A DNA stretch of 64,000 bases. It comes from Lytechinus pictus (lineage: Eukaryota). The notes under the pieces were generated by a model that worked only from the letters and a program-made list of their open reading frames with translations, did no database searches and was not told the DNA's origin. The stretch is taken from assembly GCF_037042905.1 (NCBI RefSeq), contig NC_087251.1, positions 38,876,001 through 38,940,000 on the forward strand, read 5' to 3'. Position 1 is the stretch's first letter, and every line of letters starts with the position of its first letter. Below, in pieces: positions 1-11,600 of the stretch. The position numbers were made by a program, and so were the translations under genes.

Positions 1-3000
1 CCGAATTTTCCATATCGCGGGTGGGGCAATGGGGTCGAAAATTCAAACTCCCTGGATCCTCTTGATTCTCGCTGTAATAATCGGTTAGGATGCTGAAACA
101 TCCTAAGGAGCGAAGACGGCTCATTTGGGGGGGTTTCAGGGGAAATTTTGAACAAATATTATTTTGCTCAATTTTGGCAAATTTTCCCAATTTTCCATGT
201 CGTGGGTGGGGCGAGGGGGTCCAAAATTAAAACTCCCTGGATCCTCTTGATTCTCGCTGTAATAATCGGTTAGGATGCTAAAACATCCCAGGGAGTGAAG
301 ACGGCTGATTTGGGGGGGTTTCGGGGAAAATATTGAACAAATATTATTTTGCTCAATTTTGCCCAATTTTCCATGTCGCGGTTGGGGCGAGGGGGTCGAA
401 AATTCAAAGTCCCTGGATCTTCTTGATTCTCGCTGTAATAATCGGTTAGGATGCTAAAACATCCTAAGGAGCGAAGACAGCTGATTTGGGGGGGTTTCAG
501 GGGAAATATTGAACAAATATTATTTTGCTCAATTTTGGCCAATTTTGCCCAATTTTCCATGTCGCGGGTGGGGCAATGGGGTCGAAAATTCAAACTCCCT
601 GGATCATCTTGATTCTCGCTGTAATAATCGGTTAGGATGCTAAAACATCCTAAGGAGCGAAATCAGCTGATTTGGGGGGGTTTCAGGGGAAATATTGAAC
701 AAATATTATTTTGCTCAATTTTGGCCAATTTTGCCCAATTTTCCATTTCGCGGGTGGGGCGAGGGGGTCGAAAATTAAAACTCCCTGGATCCTCTTGATT
801 CTCGCTGTAATAATCGATTAGGATGCTAAAACATCCCAGGGAGCGAAGACGGCTGATTTGGGGGGGTTTCGGGGGAAATATTGAATAAATATTATTTTGC
901 TCAATTTTGGCCAATTTTGCCAAATTTTCCATGTCGCGGTGGGGCGAGGGGGTCGAAAATTCAAACTCCCTGGATCCTCTTGATTCTTGCTGTAATAATC
1001 GGTTAGGATGCTAAAACATCCCAGGGAGCGAAGACGGCTGATTTAGGGGGGTTTCGGGGGAAATATTGAACAAATATTATTTTGCTCAATTTTGGCCAAT
1101 TTTGCCCAATTTTCCATGTCGCGGGTGGGGCGAGGGGGTCGAAAATTCAAACTCCCTGGATCCTCTTGATTCTCGCTGTATTAATCGGTTAGGATGCTAA
1201 AACATCCCAGGGAGCAAAGACGGCTGATTTGGGGGGGTTTTGGGGGAAATATTGAACAAATATTATTTTGCTCAATTTTTGCCAATTTTGCCCAATTTTC
1301 CATGTCGCGGTTGGGGCGAGGGGGTCGAAAATTCAAAGTCCCTGGATCTTCTTGATTCTCGCTGTAATAATAGGTTAGGATGCTAAAACATTCCAGGGAG
1401 CGAAGACAGCTGATTTGGGGGGGTTTCGGGGGAAATATTGAACAAATATTATTTTGCTCAATTTTGGCCAATTTTGCCGAATTTTCCATATCGCGGGTGG
1501 GGCAATGGGGTCGAAAATTCAAACTCCCTGGATCCTCTTGATTCTCGCTGTAATAATCGGTTAGGATGCTAAAACATCCTAAGGAGCGAAGACGGCTCAT
1601 TTGGGGGGGTTTCAGGGGAAATTTTGAACAAATATTATTTTGCTCAATTTTGGCAAATTTTCCCAATTTTCCATGTCGTGGGTGGGGCGAGGGGGTCCAA
1701 AATTAAAACTCCCTGGATCCTCTTGATTCTCGCTGTAATAATCGGTTAGGATGCTAAAACATCCCAGGGAGTGAAGACGGCTGATTTGGGGGGGTTTCGG
1801 GGAAAATATTGAACAAATATTATTTTGCTCAATTTTGCCCAATTTTCCATGTCGCGGTGGGGCGAGGGGGTCGAAAATTCAAACTCCCTGGATCCTCTTG
1901 ATTCTCGCTGTAATAATCGGTTAGGATGCTAAAACATCCCAGGGAGCAAAGACGGCTGATTTGGGGGGGTTTCGGGGGAAATATTGAACAAATATTATTT
2001 TGGTCAATTTTTGCCAATTTTGCCCAATTTTCCATGTCGCGGTTGGGGCGAGGGGGTCGAAAATTCAAACTCCCTGGATCCTCTTGATTCTCACTGTTAT
2101 AATCGGTTAGGATGCTAAAGCATCCCAGGGAGCAAAGACGGCTGATTTGGGGGGGTTTCGGGGAAATATTGAACAAATATTATTTTGGTCAATTTTTCCA
2201 ATTTTGCCCAATTTTCCATGTCGCGGTTGGGGCGAGGGGGTCGAAAATTCAAACTCCCTGGATCCTCTTGATTCTCGCTGTAATAATCGGTTAGGATGCT
2301 AAAACATCCCAGGGAGCAAAGACGGCTGATTTGGGGGGGTTTTGGGGGAAATATTGAACAAATATTATTTTGCTCAATTTTTGCCAATTTTGCCCAATTT
2401 TCCATGTCGCGGTTGGGGCGAGGGGGTCGAAAATTCAAAGTCCCTGGATCTTCTTGATTCTCGCTGTAATAATAGGTTAGGATGCTAAAACATTCCAGGG
2501 AGCGAAGACAGCTGATTTGGGGGGGTTTCGGGGGAAATATTGAACAAATATTATTTTGCTCAATTTTGGCCAATTTTGCCGAATTTTCCATATCGCGGGT
2601 GGGGCAATGGGGTCGAAAATTCAAACTCCCTGGATCCTCTTGATTCTCGCTGTAATAATCGGTTAGGATGCTGAAACATCCTAAGGAGCGAAGACGGCTC
2701 ATTTGGGGGGGTTTCAGGGGAAATTTTGAACAAATATTATTTTGCTCAATTTTGGCAAATTTTCCCAATTTTCCATGTCGTGGGTGGGGCGAGGGGGTCC
2801 AAAATTAAAACTCCCTGGATCCTCTTGATTCTCGCTGTAATAATCGGTTAGGATGCTAAAACATCCCAGGGAGTGAAGACGGCTGATTTGGGGGGGTTTC
2901 GGGGAAAATATTGAACAAATATTATTTTGCTCAATTTTGCCCAATTTTCCATGTCGCGGTTGGGGCGAGGGGGTCGAAAATTCAAAGTCCCTGGATCTTC

Positions 3001-5620
3001 TTGATTCTCGCTGTAATAATCGGTTAGGATGCTAAAACATCCTAAGGAGCGAAGACAGCTGATTTGGGGGGGTTTCAGGGGAAATATTGAACAAATATTA
3101 TTTTGCTCAATTTTGGCCAATTTTGCCCAATTTTCCATGTCGCGGGTGGGGCAATGGGGTCGAAAATTCAAACTCCCTGGATCATCTTGATTCTCGCTGT
3201 AATAATCGGTTAGGATGCTAAAACATCCTAAGGAGCGAAGACAGCTGATTTGGGGGGGTTTCAGGGGAAATATTGAACAAATATTATTTTGCTCAATTTT
3301 GGCCAATTTTGCCCAATTTTCCATTTCGCGGGTGGGGCGAGGGGGTCGAAAATTAAAACTCCCTGGATCCTCTTGATTCTCGCTGTAATAATCGATTAGG
3401 ATGCTAAAACATCCCAGGGAGCGAAGACGGCTGATTTGGGGGGGTTTCGGGGGAAATATTGAATAAATATTATTTTGCTCAATTTTGGCCAATTTTGCCA
3501 AATTTTCCATGTCGCGGTGGGGCGAGGGGGTCGAAAATTCAAACTCCCTGGATCCTCTTGATTCTTGCTGTAATAATCGGTTAGGATGCTAAAACATCCC
3601 AGGGAGCGAAGACGGCTGATTTAGGGGGGTTTCGGGGGAAATATTGAACAAATATTATTTTGCTCAATTTTGGCCAATTTTGCCCAATTTTCCATGTCGC
3701 GGGTGGGGCGAGGGGGTCGAAAATTCAAACTCCCTGGATCCTCTTGATTCTCGCTGTATTAATCGGTTAGGATGCTAAAACATCCCAGGGAGCAAAGACG
3801 GCTGATTTGGGGGGGTTTTGGGGGAAATATTGAACAAATATTATTTTGCTCAATTTTTGCCAATTTTGCCCAATTTTCCATGTCGCGGTTGGGGCGAGGG
3901 GGTCGAAAATTCAAAGTCCCTGGATCTTCTTGATTCTCGCTGTAATAATAGGTTAGGATGCTAAAACATTCCAGGGAGCGAAGACAGCTGATTTGGGGGG
4001 GTTTCGGGGGAAATATTGAACAAATATTATTTTGCTCAATTTTGGCCAATTTTGCCGAATTTTCCATATCGCGGGTGGGGCAATGGGGTCGAAAATTCAA
4101 ACTCCCTGGATCCTCTTGATTCTCGCTGTAATAATCGGTTAGGATGCTAAAACATCCTAAGGAGCGAAGACGGCTCATTTGGGGGGGTTTCAGGGGAAAT
4201 TTTGAACAAATATTATTTTGCTCAATTTTGGCAAATTTTCCCAATTTTCCATGTCGTGGGTGGGGCGAGGGGGTCCAAAATTAAAACTCCCTGGATCCTC
4301 TTGATTCTCGCTGTAATAATCGGTTAGGATGCTAAAACATCCCAGGGAGCGAAGACGGCTGATTTAGGGGGGTTTCGGGGGAAATATTGAACAAATATTA
4401 TTTTGCTCAATTTTGGCCAATTTTGCCCAATTTTCCATGTCGCGGGTGGGGCGAGGGGGTCGAAAATTCAAACTCCCTGGATCCTCTTGATTCTCGCTGT
4501 ATTAATCGGTTAGGATGCTAAAACATCCCAGGGAGCAAAGACGGCTGATTTGGGGGGGTTTTGGGGGAAATATTGAACAAATATTATTTTGCTCAATTTT
4601 TGCCAATTTTGCCCAATTTTCCATGTCGCGGTTGGGGCGAGGGGGTCGAAAATTCAAAGTCCCTGGATCTTCTTGATTCTCGCTGTAATAATAGGTTAGG
4701 ATGCTAAAACATTCCAGGGAGCGAAGACAGCTGATTTGGGGGGGTTTCGGGGGAAATATTGAACAAATATTATTTTGCTCAATTTTGGCCAATTTTGCCG
4801 AATTTTCCATATCGCGGGTGGGGCAATGGGGTCGAAAATTCAAACTCCCTGGATCCTCTTGATTCTCGCTGTAATAATCGGTTAGGATGCTAAAACATCC
4901 TAAGGAGCGAAGACGGCTCATTTGGGGGGGTTTCAGGGGAAATTTTGAACAAATATTATTTTGCTCAATTTTGGCAAATTTTCCCAATTTTCCATGTCGT
5001 GGGTGGGGCGAGGGGGTCCAAAATTAAAACTCCCTGGATCCTCTTGATTCTCGCTGTAATAATCGGTTAGGATGCTAAAACATCCCAGGGAGTGAAGACG
5101 GCTGATTTGGGGGGGTTTCGGGGAAAATATTGAACAAATATTATTTTGCTCAATTTTGCCCAATTTTCCATGTCGCGGTGGGGCGAGGGGGTCGAAAATT
5201 CAAACTCCCTGGATCCTCTTGATTCTCGCTGTAATAATCGGTTAGGATGCTAAAACATCCCAGGGAGCAAAGACGGCTGATTTGGGGGGGTTTCGGGGGA
5301 AATATTGAACAAATATTATTTTGGTCAATTTTTGCCAATTTTGCCCAATTTTCCATGTCGCGGTTGGGGCGAGGGGGTCGAAAATTCAAACTCCCTGGAT
5401 CCTCTTGATTCTCACTGTTATAATCGGTTAGGATGCTAAAGCATCCCAGGGAGCAAAGACGGCTGATTTGGGGGGGTTTCGGGGAAATATTGAACAAATA
5501 TTATTTTGGTCAATTTTTCCAATTTTGCCCAATTTTCCATGTCGCGGTTGGGGCGAGGGGGTCGAAAATTCAAACTCCCTGGATCCTCTTGATTCTCGCT
5601 GTAATAATCGGTTAGGATGC
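1..5620. repeat. Higher-order duplication cluster A (offsets 2578 bp = 14 monomers, 743 bp = 4, 3321 bp = 18)
   Basis: Identical ORF translations at 136/2714, 1181/3759/4502, 1612/4933, 1829/5150 and 2112/5433. Shared diagnostic variants TAATAGGTT, CATATCGC, AATTTTGAAC and GTCGTGGG. Confidence 0.9.
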
Positions 5621-6399
5621 TAAAACATTCCAGGGAGCGAAGACGGCTGATTTGGGGGGGTTCTGGGGGAAATATTGAACAAATATTATTTTGCTCAATT
5701 TTGGCCAATTTTGCCCAATTTTCCATGTCGCGGGTGGGGCAATCGGGTCGAAAATTCAAACTCCCTGGATCCTCTTGATTCTCGCTGTAATAATCAGTTA
5801 GGATGCTAAAACATCCCAGGGAGCAAAGACGGCTGATTTGGGGGGGTTTCGGGGGAAATATTGAACAAATATTATTTTGGTCAATTTTTGCCAATTTTGC
5901 CCAATTTTCAATGTCGCGGTTGGGGCGAGGGGGTCGAAAATTCAAACTCCCTGGATCCTCTTGATTCTCACTGTAATAATCGGTTAGGATGCTAAAGCAT
6001 CCCAGGGAGCAAAGACGGCTGATTTGGGGGGGTTTCGGGGGAAATATTGAACAAATATTATTTTGGTCAATTTTTCCAATTTTGCCCAATTTTCCATGTC
6101 GCGGTTGGGGCGAGGGGGTCGAAAATTCAAACTCCCTGGATCCTCTTGATTCTCGCTGTAATAATCGGTTAGGATGCTAAAACATTCCAGGGAGCGAAGA
6201 CGGCTGATTTAGGGGGGTTCTGGGGGAAATATTGAACAAATATTATTTTGCTCAATTTTGGCCAATTTTGCCGAATTTTCCATGTCGCGGGTGGGGCAAT
6301 GGGGTCGAAAATTCAAACTCCCTGGATCCTCTTGATTCTCGCTGTAATAATCAGTTAGGATGCTAAAACATTCCAGGGAGCGAAGACAGCTGATTTGGG

Positions 6400-8620
6400 G
6401 GGGTTCTGGGGGAAATATTGAACAAATATTATTTTGCTCAATTTTGGCAAATTTTGCCCAATTTTCCATGTCGCGGGTGGGGCAATGGGGTCGAAAATTC
6501 AAACTCTCTGGATCCTCTTGATTCTCGCTGTAATAATCGGTTAGGATGCTAAAACATCCTAAGGAGCAAGACGGCTGATTTGGGGGGGTTTCAGGGGAAA
6601 TATTGAACAAATATTATTTTGCTCAATTTTGGCCAATTTTGCCCAATTTTCCATGTCGCGGTTGGGGCGAGGGGGTCGAAAATTCAAAGTCCCTGGATCT
6701 TCTTGATTCTCGCTGTAATAATCGGTTAGGATGCTAAAACATTCCAGGGAGCGAAGACAGCTGATTTGGGGGGGTTTCGGGGGAAATATTGAACAAATAT
6801 TATTTTGCTCAATTTTGGCCAATTTTCCATGTCGCGGTGGGGCGAGAGGGTTGAAAATTCAAACTCCCTGGATCCTCTTGATTCTCGCTGTAATAATCGG
6901 TAAGGATGCTAAAACATCCCAGGGAGCAAAGACGGCTGATTTGGGGGGGTTTCGGGGGAAATATTGAACAAATATTATTTTGGTCAATTTTTGCCCAATT
7001 TTCCATGTCGCGGTTGGGGCGAGGGGGTCGAAAATTCAAACTCCCTGGATCCTCTTGATTTTCGCTGTAATAATCGGTTAGGATGCTAAAACATTCCAGG
7101 GAGTGAAGACGGCTGATTTGGGGGGGTTCTGGGGGAAATATTGAACAAATATTATTTTGCTCAATTTTGGCCAATTTTGCCCAATTTTCCATGTCGCGGT
7201 GGGGCGAGAGGGTCGAAAATTCAAACTCCCTGGATCCTCTTGATTCTCGCTGTAATAATCGGTAAGGATGCTAAAACATCCCAGGGAGCAAAGACGGCTG
7301 ATTTGGGGGGGTTTCGGGGGAAATATTGAACAAATATTATTTTGCTCAATTTTTGCCAATTTTGCCCAATTTTCCATGTCGCGGTTGGGGCGAGGGGGTC
7401 GAAAATTCAAACTCCCTGGATCCTCTTGATTTTAGCTGTAATAATCGGTTAGGATGCTAAAACATTCCAGGGAGTGAAGACGTCTGATTTGGGGGGGTTC
7501 TGGGGTAAATATTGAACAAATATTATTTTGCTCAATTTTGGCAAATTTTCCCGAATTTTCCATGTCGCGGGTGGGGCAATGGGCTCGAAAATTCAAACTC
7601 CCTGGATCCTCTTGATTCTCGCTGTAATAATCGGTTAGGATGCTAAAACATCCCAGGGAGCGAAGACGGCTGATTTGGGGGGGTTTCGGGGGAAATATTG
7701 AACAAATATTATTTTGCTCAATTTTGGCAAATTTTGCCCAATTTTCCATGTCGCGGGTGGGGCAATGGGGTCGAAAATTCAAACTCTCTGGATCCTCTTG
7801 ATTCTCGCTGTAATAATCGGTTAGGATGCTAAAACATCCTAAGGAGCAAGACGGCTGATTTGGGGGGGTTTCAGGGGAAATATTGAACAAATATTATTTT
7901 GCTCAATTTTGGCCAATTTTGCCCAATTTTCCATGTCGCGGTTGGGGCGAGGGGGTCGAAAATTCAAAGTCCCTGGATCTTCTTGATTCTCGCTGTAATA
8001 ATCGGTTAGGATGCTAAAACATTCCAGGGAGCGAAGACAGCTGATTTGGGGGGGTTTCAGGGGAAATATTGAACAAATATTACTTTGCTCAATTTTTGCC
8101 AATTTTCCATGTCGCGGTGGGGCGAGAGGGTTGAAAATTCAAACTCCCTGGATCCTCTTGATTCTCGCTGTAATAATCGGTAAGGATGCTAAAACATCCC
8201 AGGGAGCAAAGACGGCTGATTTGGGGGGGTTTCGGGGGAAATATTGAACAAATATTATTTTGGTCAATTTTTGCCCAATTTTCCATGTCGCGGTTGGGGC
8301 GAGGGGGTCGAAAATTCAAACTCCCTGGATCCTCTTGATTTTCGCTGTAATAATCGGTTAGGATGCTAAAACATTCCAGGGAGTGAAGACGGCTGATTTG
8401 GGGGGGTTCTGGGGGAAATATTGAACAAATATTATTTTGCTCAATTTTGGCCAATTTTGCCCAATTTTCCATGTCGCGGTGGGGCGAGAGGGTCGAAAAT
8501 TCAAACTCCCTGGATCCTCTTGATTCTCGCTGTAATAATCGGTAAGGATGCTAAAACATCCCAGGGAGCAAAGACGGCTGATTTGGGGGGGTTTCGGGGG
8601 AAATATTGAACAAATATTAT
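6400..8620. repeat. 7-monomer higher-order tandem duplication (1280-bp offset)
   Basis: ORF pairs 6559/7839, 6809/8089 and 7141/8421. The rare variant GAGAGGGTTGAAA and a 9-bp-deleted monomer occur in both copies. Confidence 0.88.
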
Positions 8621-11600
8621 TTTGCTCAATTTTGGCAAATTTTCCCGAATTTTCCATGTCGCGGGTGGGGCAATGGGCTCGAAAATTCAAACTCCCTGGA
8701 TCCTCTTGATTCTCGCTGTAATAATCGGTTAGGATGCTAAAACATCCCAGGGAGCGAAGACGGCTGATTTGGGGGGGTTTCGGGGGAAATATTGAACAAA
8801 TATTATTATGCTCAATTTTGGCCAATTTTGCCCAATTTTCCATGTCGCGGGTGGGGCGAGGGGGTCAAAAATTCAAACTCCCTGGATCTTCTTGATTCTC
8901 GCTGTAATAATCGGTTAGGATGCTAAAACATCCCAGGGAGCAAAGATGGCTGATTTGGGGGGGTTTCGGGGGAAATATTGAACAAATTTTATTTTGGTCA
9001 ATTTTTGCCAATTTTGCCCAATTTTCCATGTCGCGGTTGGGGCGAGGGGGTCGAAAATTCAAACTCCCTGGATCCTCTTGATTCTCACTGTAATAATCAG
9101 TTAGGATGCTAAAGCATCCCAGGGAGCAAAGACGGCTGATTTGGGGGGGTTTGGGGGAAATATTGAATAAATATTATTTTGGTCAATTTTTCCAATTTTC
9201 CATGTCGCGGTTGGGGCGAGGGGGTCGAAAATTCAAACTCCCTGGATCCTCTTGATTCTCGCTGTAATAATCGGTTAGGATGCTAAAACATTCCAGGGAG
9301 CGAAGACGGCTGATTTGGGGGGGTTCTGGGGGAAATATTGAACAAATATTATTTTGCTCAATTTTGGCCAATTTTGCCCAATTTTCCATGTCGCGGGTGG
9401 GGCAATGGGGTCGAAAATTCAAACTCCCTGGATCCTCTTGATTCTCGCTGTAATAATCAGTTAGGATGCTAAAACATCCCAGGGAGCAAAGACGGCTGAT
9501 TTGGGGGGGTTTCGGGGGAAATATTGAACAAATATTATTTTGGTCAATTTTTGCCAATTTTGCCCAATTTTCCATGTCGCGGTTGGGGCGAGGGGGTCGA
9601 AAATTCAAACTCCCTGGATCCTCTTGATTCTCACTGTAATAATCGGTTAGGATGCTAAAGCATCCCAGGGAGCAAAGACGGCTGATTTGGGGGGGTTTCG
9701 GGGGAAATATTGAACAAATATTATTTTGGTCAATTTTTCCAATTTTGCCCAATTTTCCATGTCGCGGTTGGGGCGAGGGGGTCGAAAATTCAAACTCCCT
9801 GGATCCTCTTGATTCTCGCTGTAATAATCGGTTAGGATGCTAAAACATTCCAGGGAGCGAAGACGGCTGATTTGGGGGGGTTCTGGGGGAAATATTGAAC
9901 AAATATTATTTTGCTCAATTTTGGCCAATTTTGCCGAATTTTCCATGTCGCGGGTGGGGCAATGGGGTCGAAAATTCAAACTCCCTGGATCCTCTTGATT
10001 CTCGCTGTAATAATCAGTTAGGATGCTAAAACATTCCAGGGAGCGAAGACTGCTGATTTGGGGGGGTTCTGGGGGAAATATTGAACAAATATTATTTTGC
10101 TCAATTTTGGCAAATTTTGCCGAATTTTCCATGTCGCGGGTGGGGCAATGGGGTCGAAAATTCAAACTCTCTGGATCCTCTTGATTCTCGCTGTAATAAT
10201 CGGTTAGGATGCTAAAACATCCTAAGGAGCAAGAAGGCTGATTTGGGGGGGTTTCAGGGGAAATATTGAACAAATATTATTTTGCTCAATTTTGGCCAAT
10301 TTTGCCCAATTTTCCATGTCGCGGGTGGGGCGAGGGGGTCGAAAATTAAAACTCCCTGGATCCTCTTGATTCTAGCTGTAATAATCGGTTAGGATGCTAA
10401 AACATCCCAGGGAGCAAAGACGGCTGATTTGGGGGGGTTTCGGGGGAAATATTGAAAAAATATTATTTTGCTCAATTTTGGCCAATTTTGCCCAATTTTC
10501 CATGTCGCGGTGGGGCGAGAGGGTCGAAAATTCAAACTCCCTGGATCCTCTTGATTCTCGCTGTAATAATCGGTAAGGATGCTAAAACATCCCAGGGAGC
10601 AAAGACGGCTGATTTGGGGGGGTTTTGGGGGAAATATTGAACAAATATTATTTTGGTCAATTTTTGCCAATTTTGCCCAATTTTCCATGTCGCGGTTGGG
10701 GCGAGGGGGTCGAAAATTCAAACTCCCCTGATCCTCTTGATTCTCGCTGTAATAATCGGTTAGGATGCTAAAACATTCCAGGGAGTGAAGACGGCTGATT
10801 TGGGGGGGTTCTGGGGGAAATATTGAACAAATATTATTTTGCTCAATTTTGGCAAATTTTCCTGAATTTTCCATGTCGCGGGTAGGGCAATGGGCTCGAA
10901 AATTCAAACTCCCTGGATCCTCTTGATTCTCGCTGTAATAATCGGTTAGGATGCTAAAACATCCCAGGGAGCGAAGACGGCTGATTTGGGGGGGTTTCGG
11001 GGGAAATATTGAACAAATACTATTTTGCTCAATTTTGGCCAATTTTGCCAAATTTTCCATGTCGCGGGTGGGGCGAGGGGGTCAAAAATTCAAACTCCCT
11101 GGATCTTCTTGATTCTCGCTGTAATAATCGGTTAGGATGCTAAAACATTCCAGGGAGCGAAGACAGCTGATTTGGGGGGGTTTCGGGGGAAATATTGAAC
11201 AAATATTATTTTGCTCAATTTTGGCCAATTTTGCCGAATTTTCCATGTCGCGGGTGGGGCAATGGGGTCGAAAATTCAAACTCCCTGGATCCTCTTGATT
11301 CTCGCTGTAATAATCAGTTAGGATGCTAAAACATCCTAAGGAGCGAAGACGGCTCATTTGGGGGGGTTTCAGGGGAAATATTGAACAAATATTATTTTGC
11401 TCAATTTTGGCCAATTTTGCCCAATTTTCCATGTCGCAGGTGGGGCGAGGGGGTCGAAAATTAAAACTCCCTGGATCCTCTTGATTCTCGCTGTAATAAT
11501 CGGTTAGGATGCTAAAACATCCCAGGGAGCGAAGACGGCTGATTTGGGGGGGTTTCGGGGAAAATATTGAACAAATATTATTTTGCTCAATTTTGGCCAA

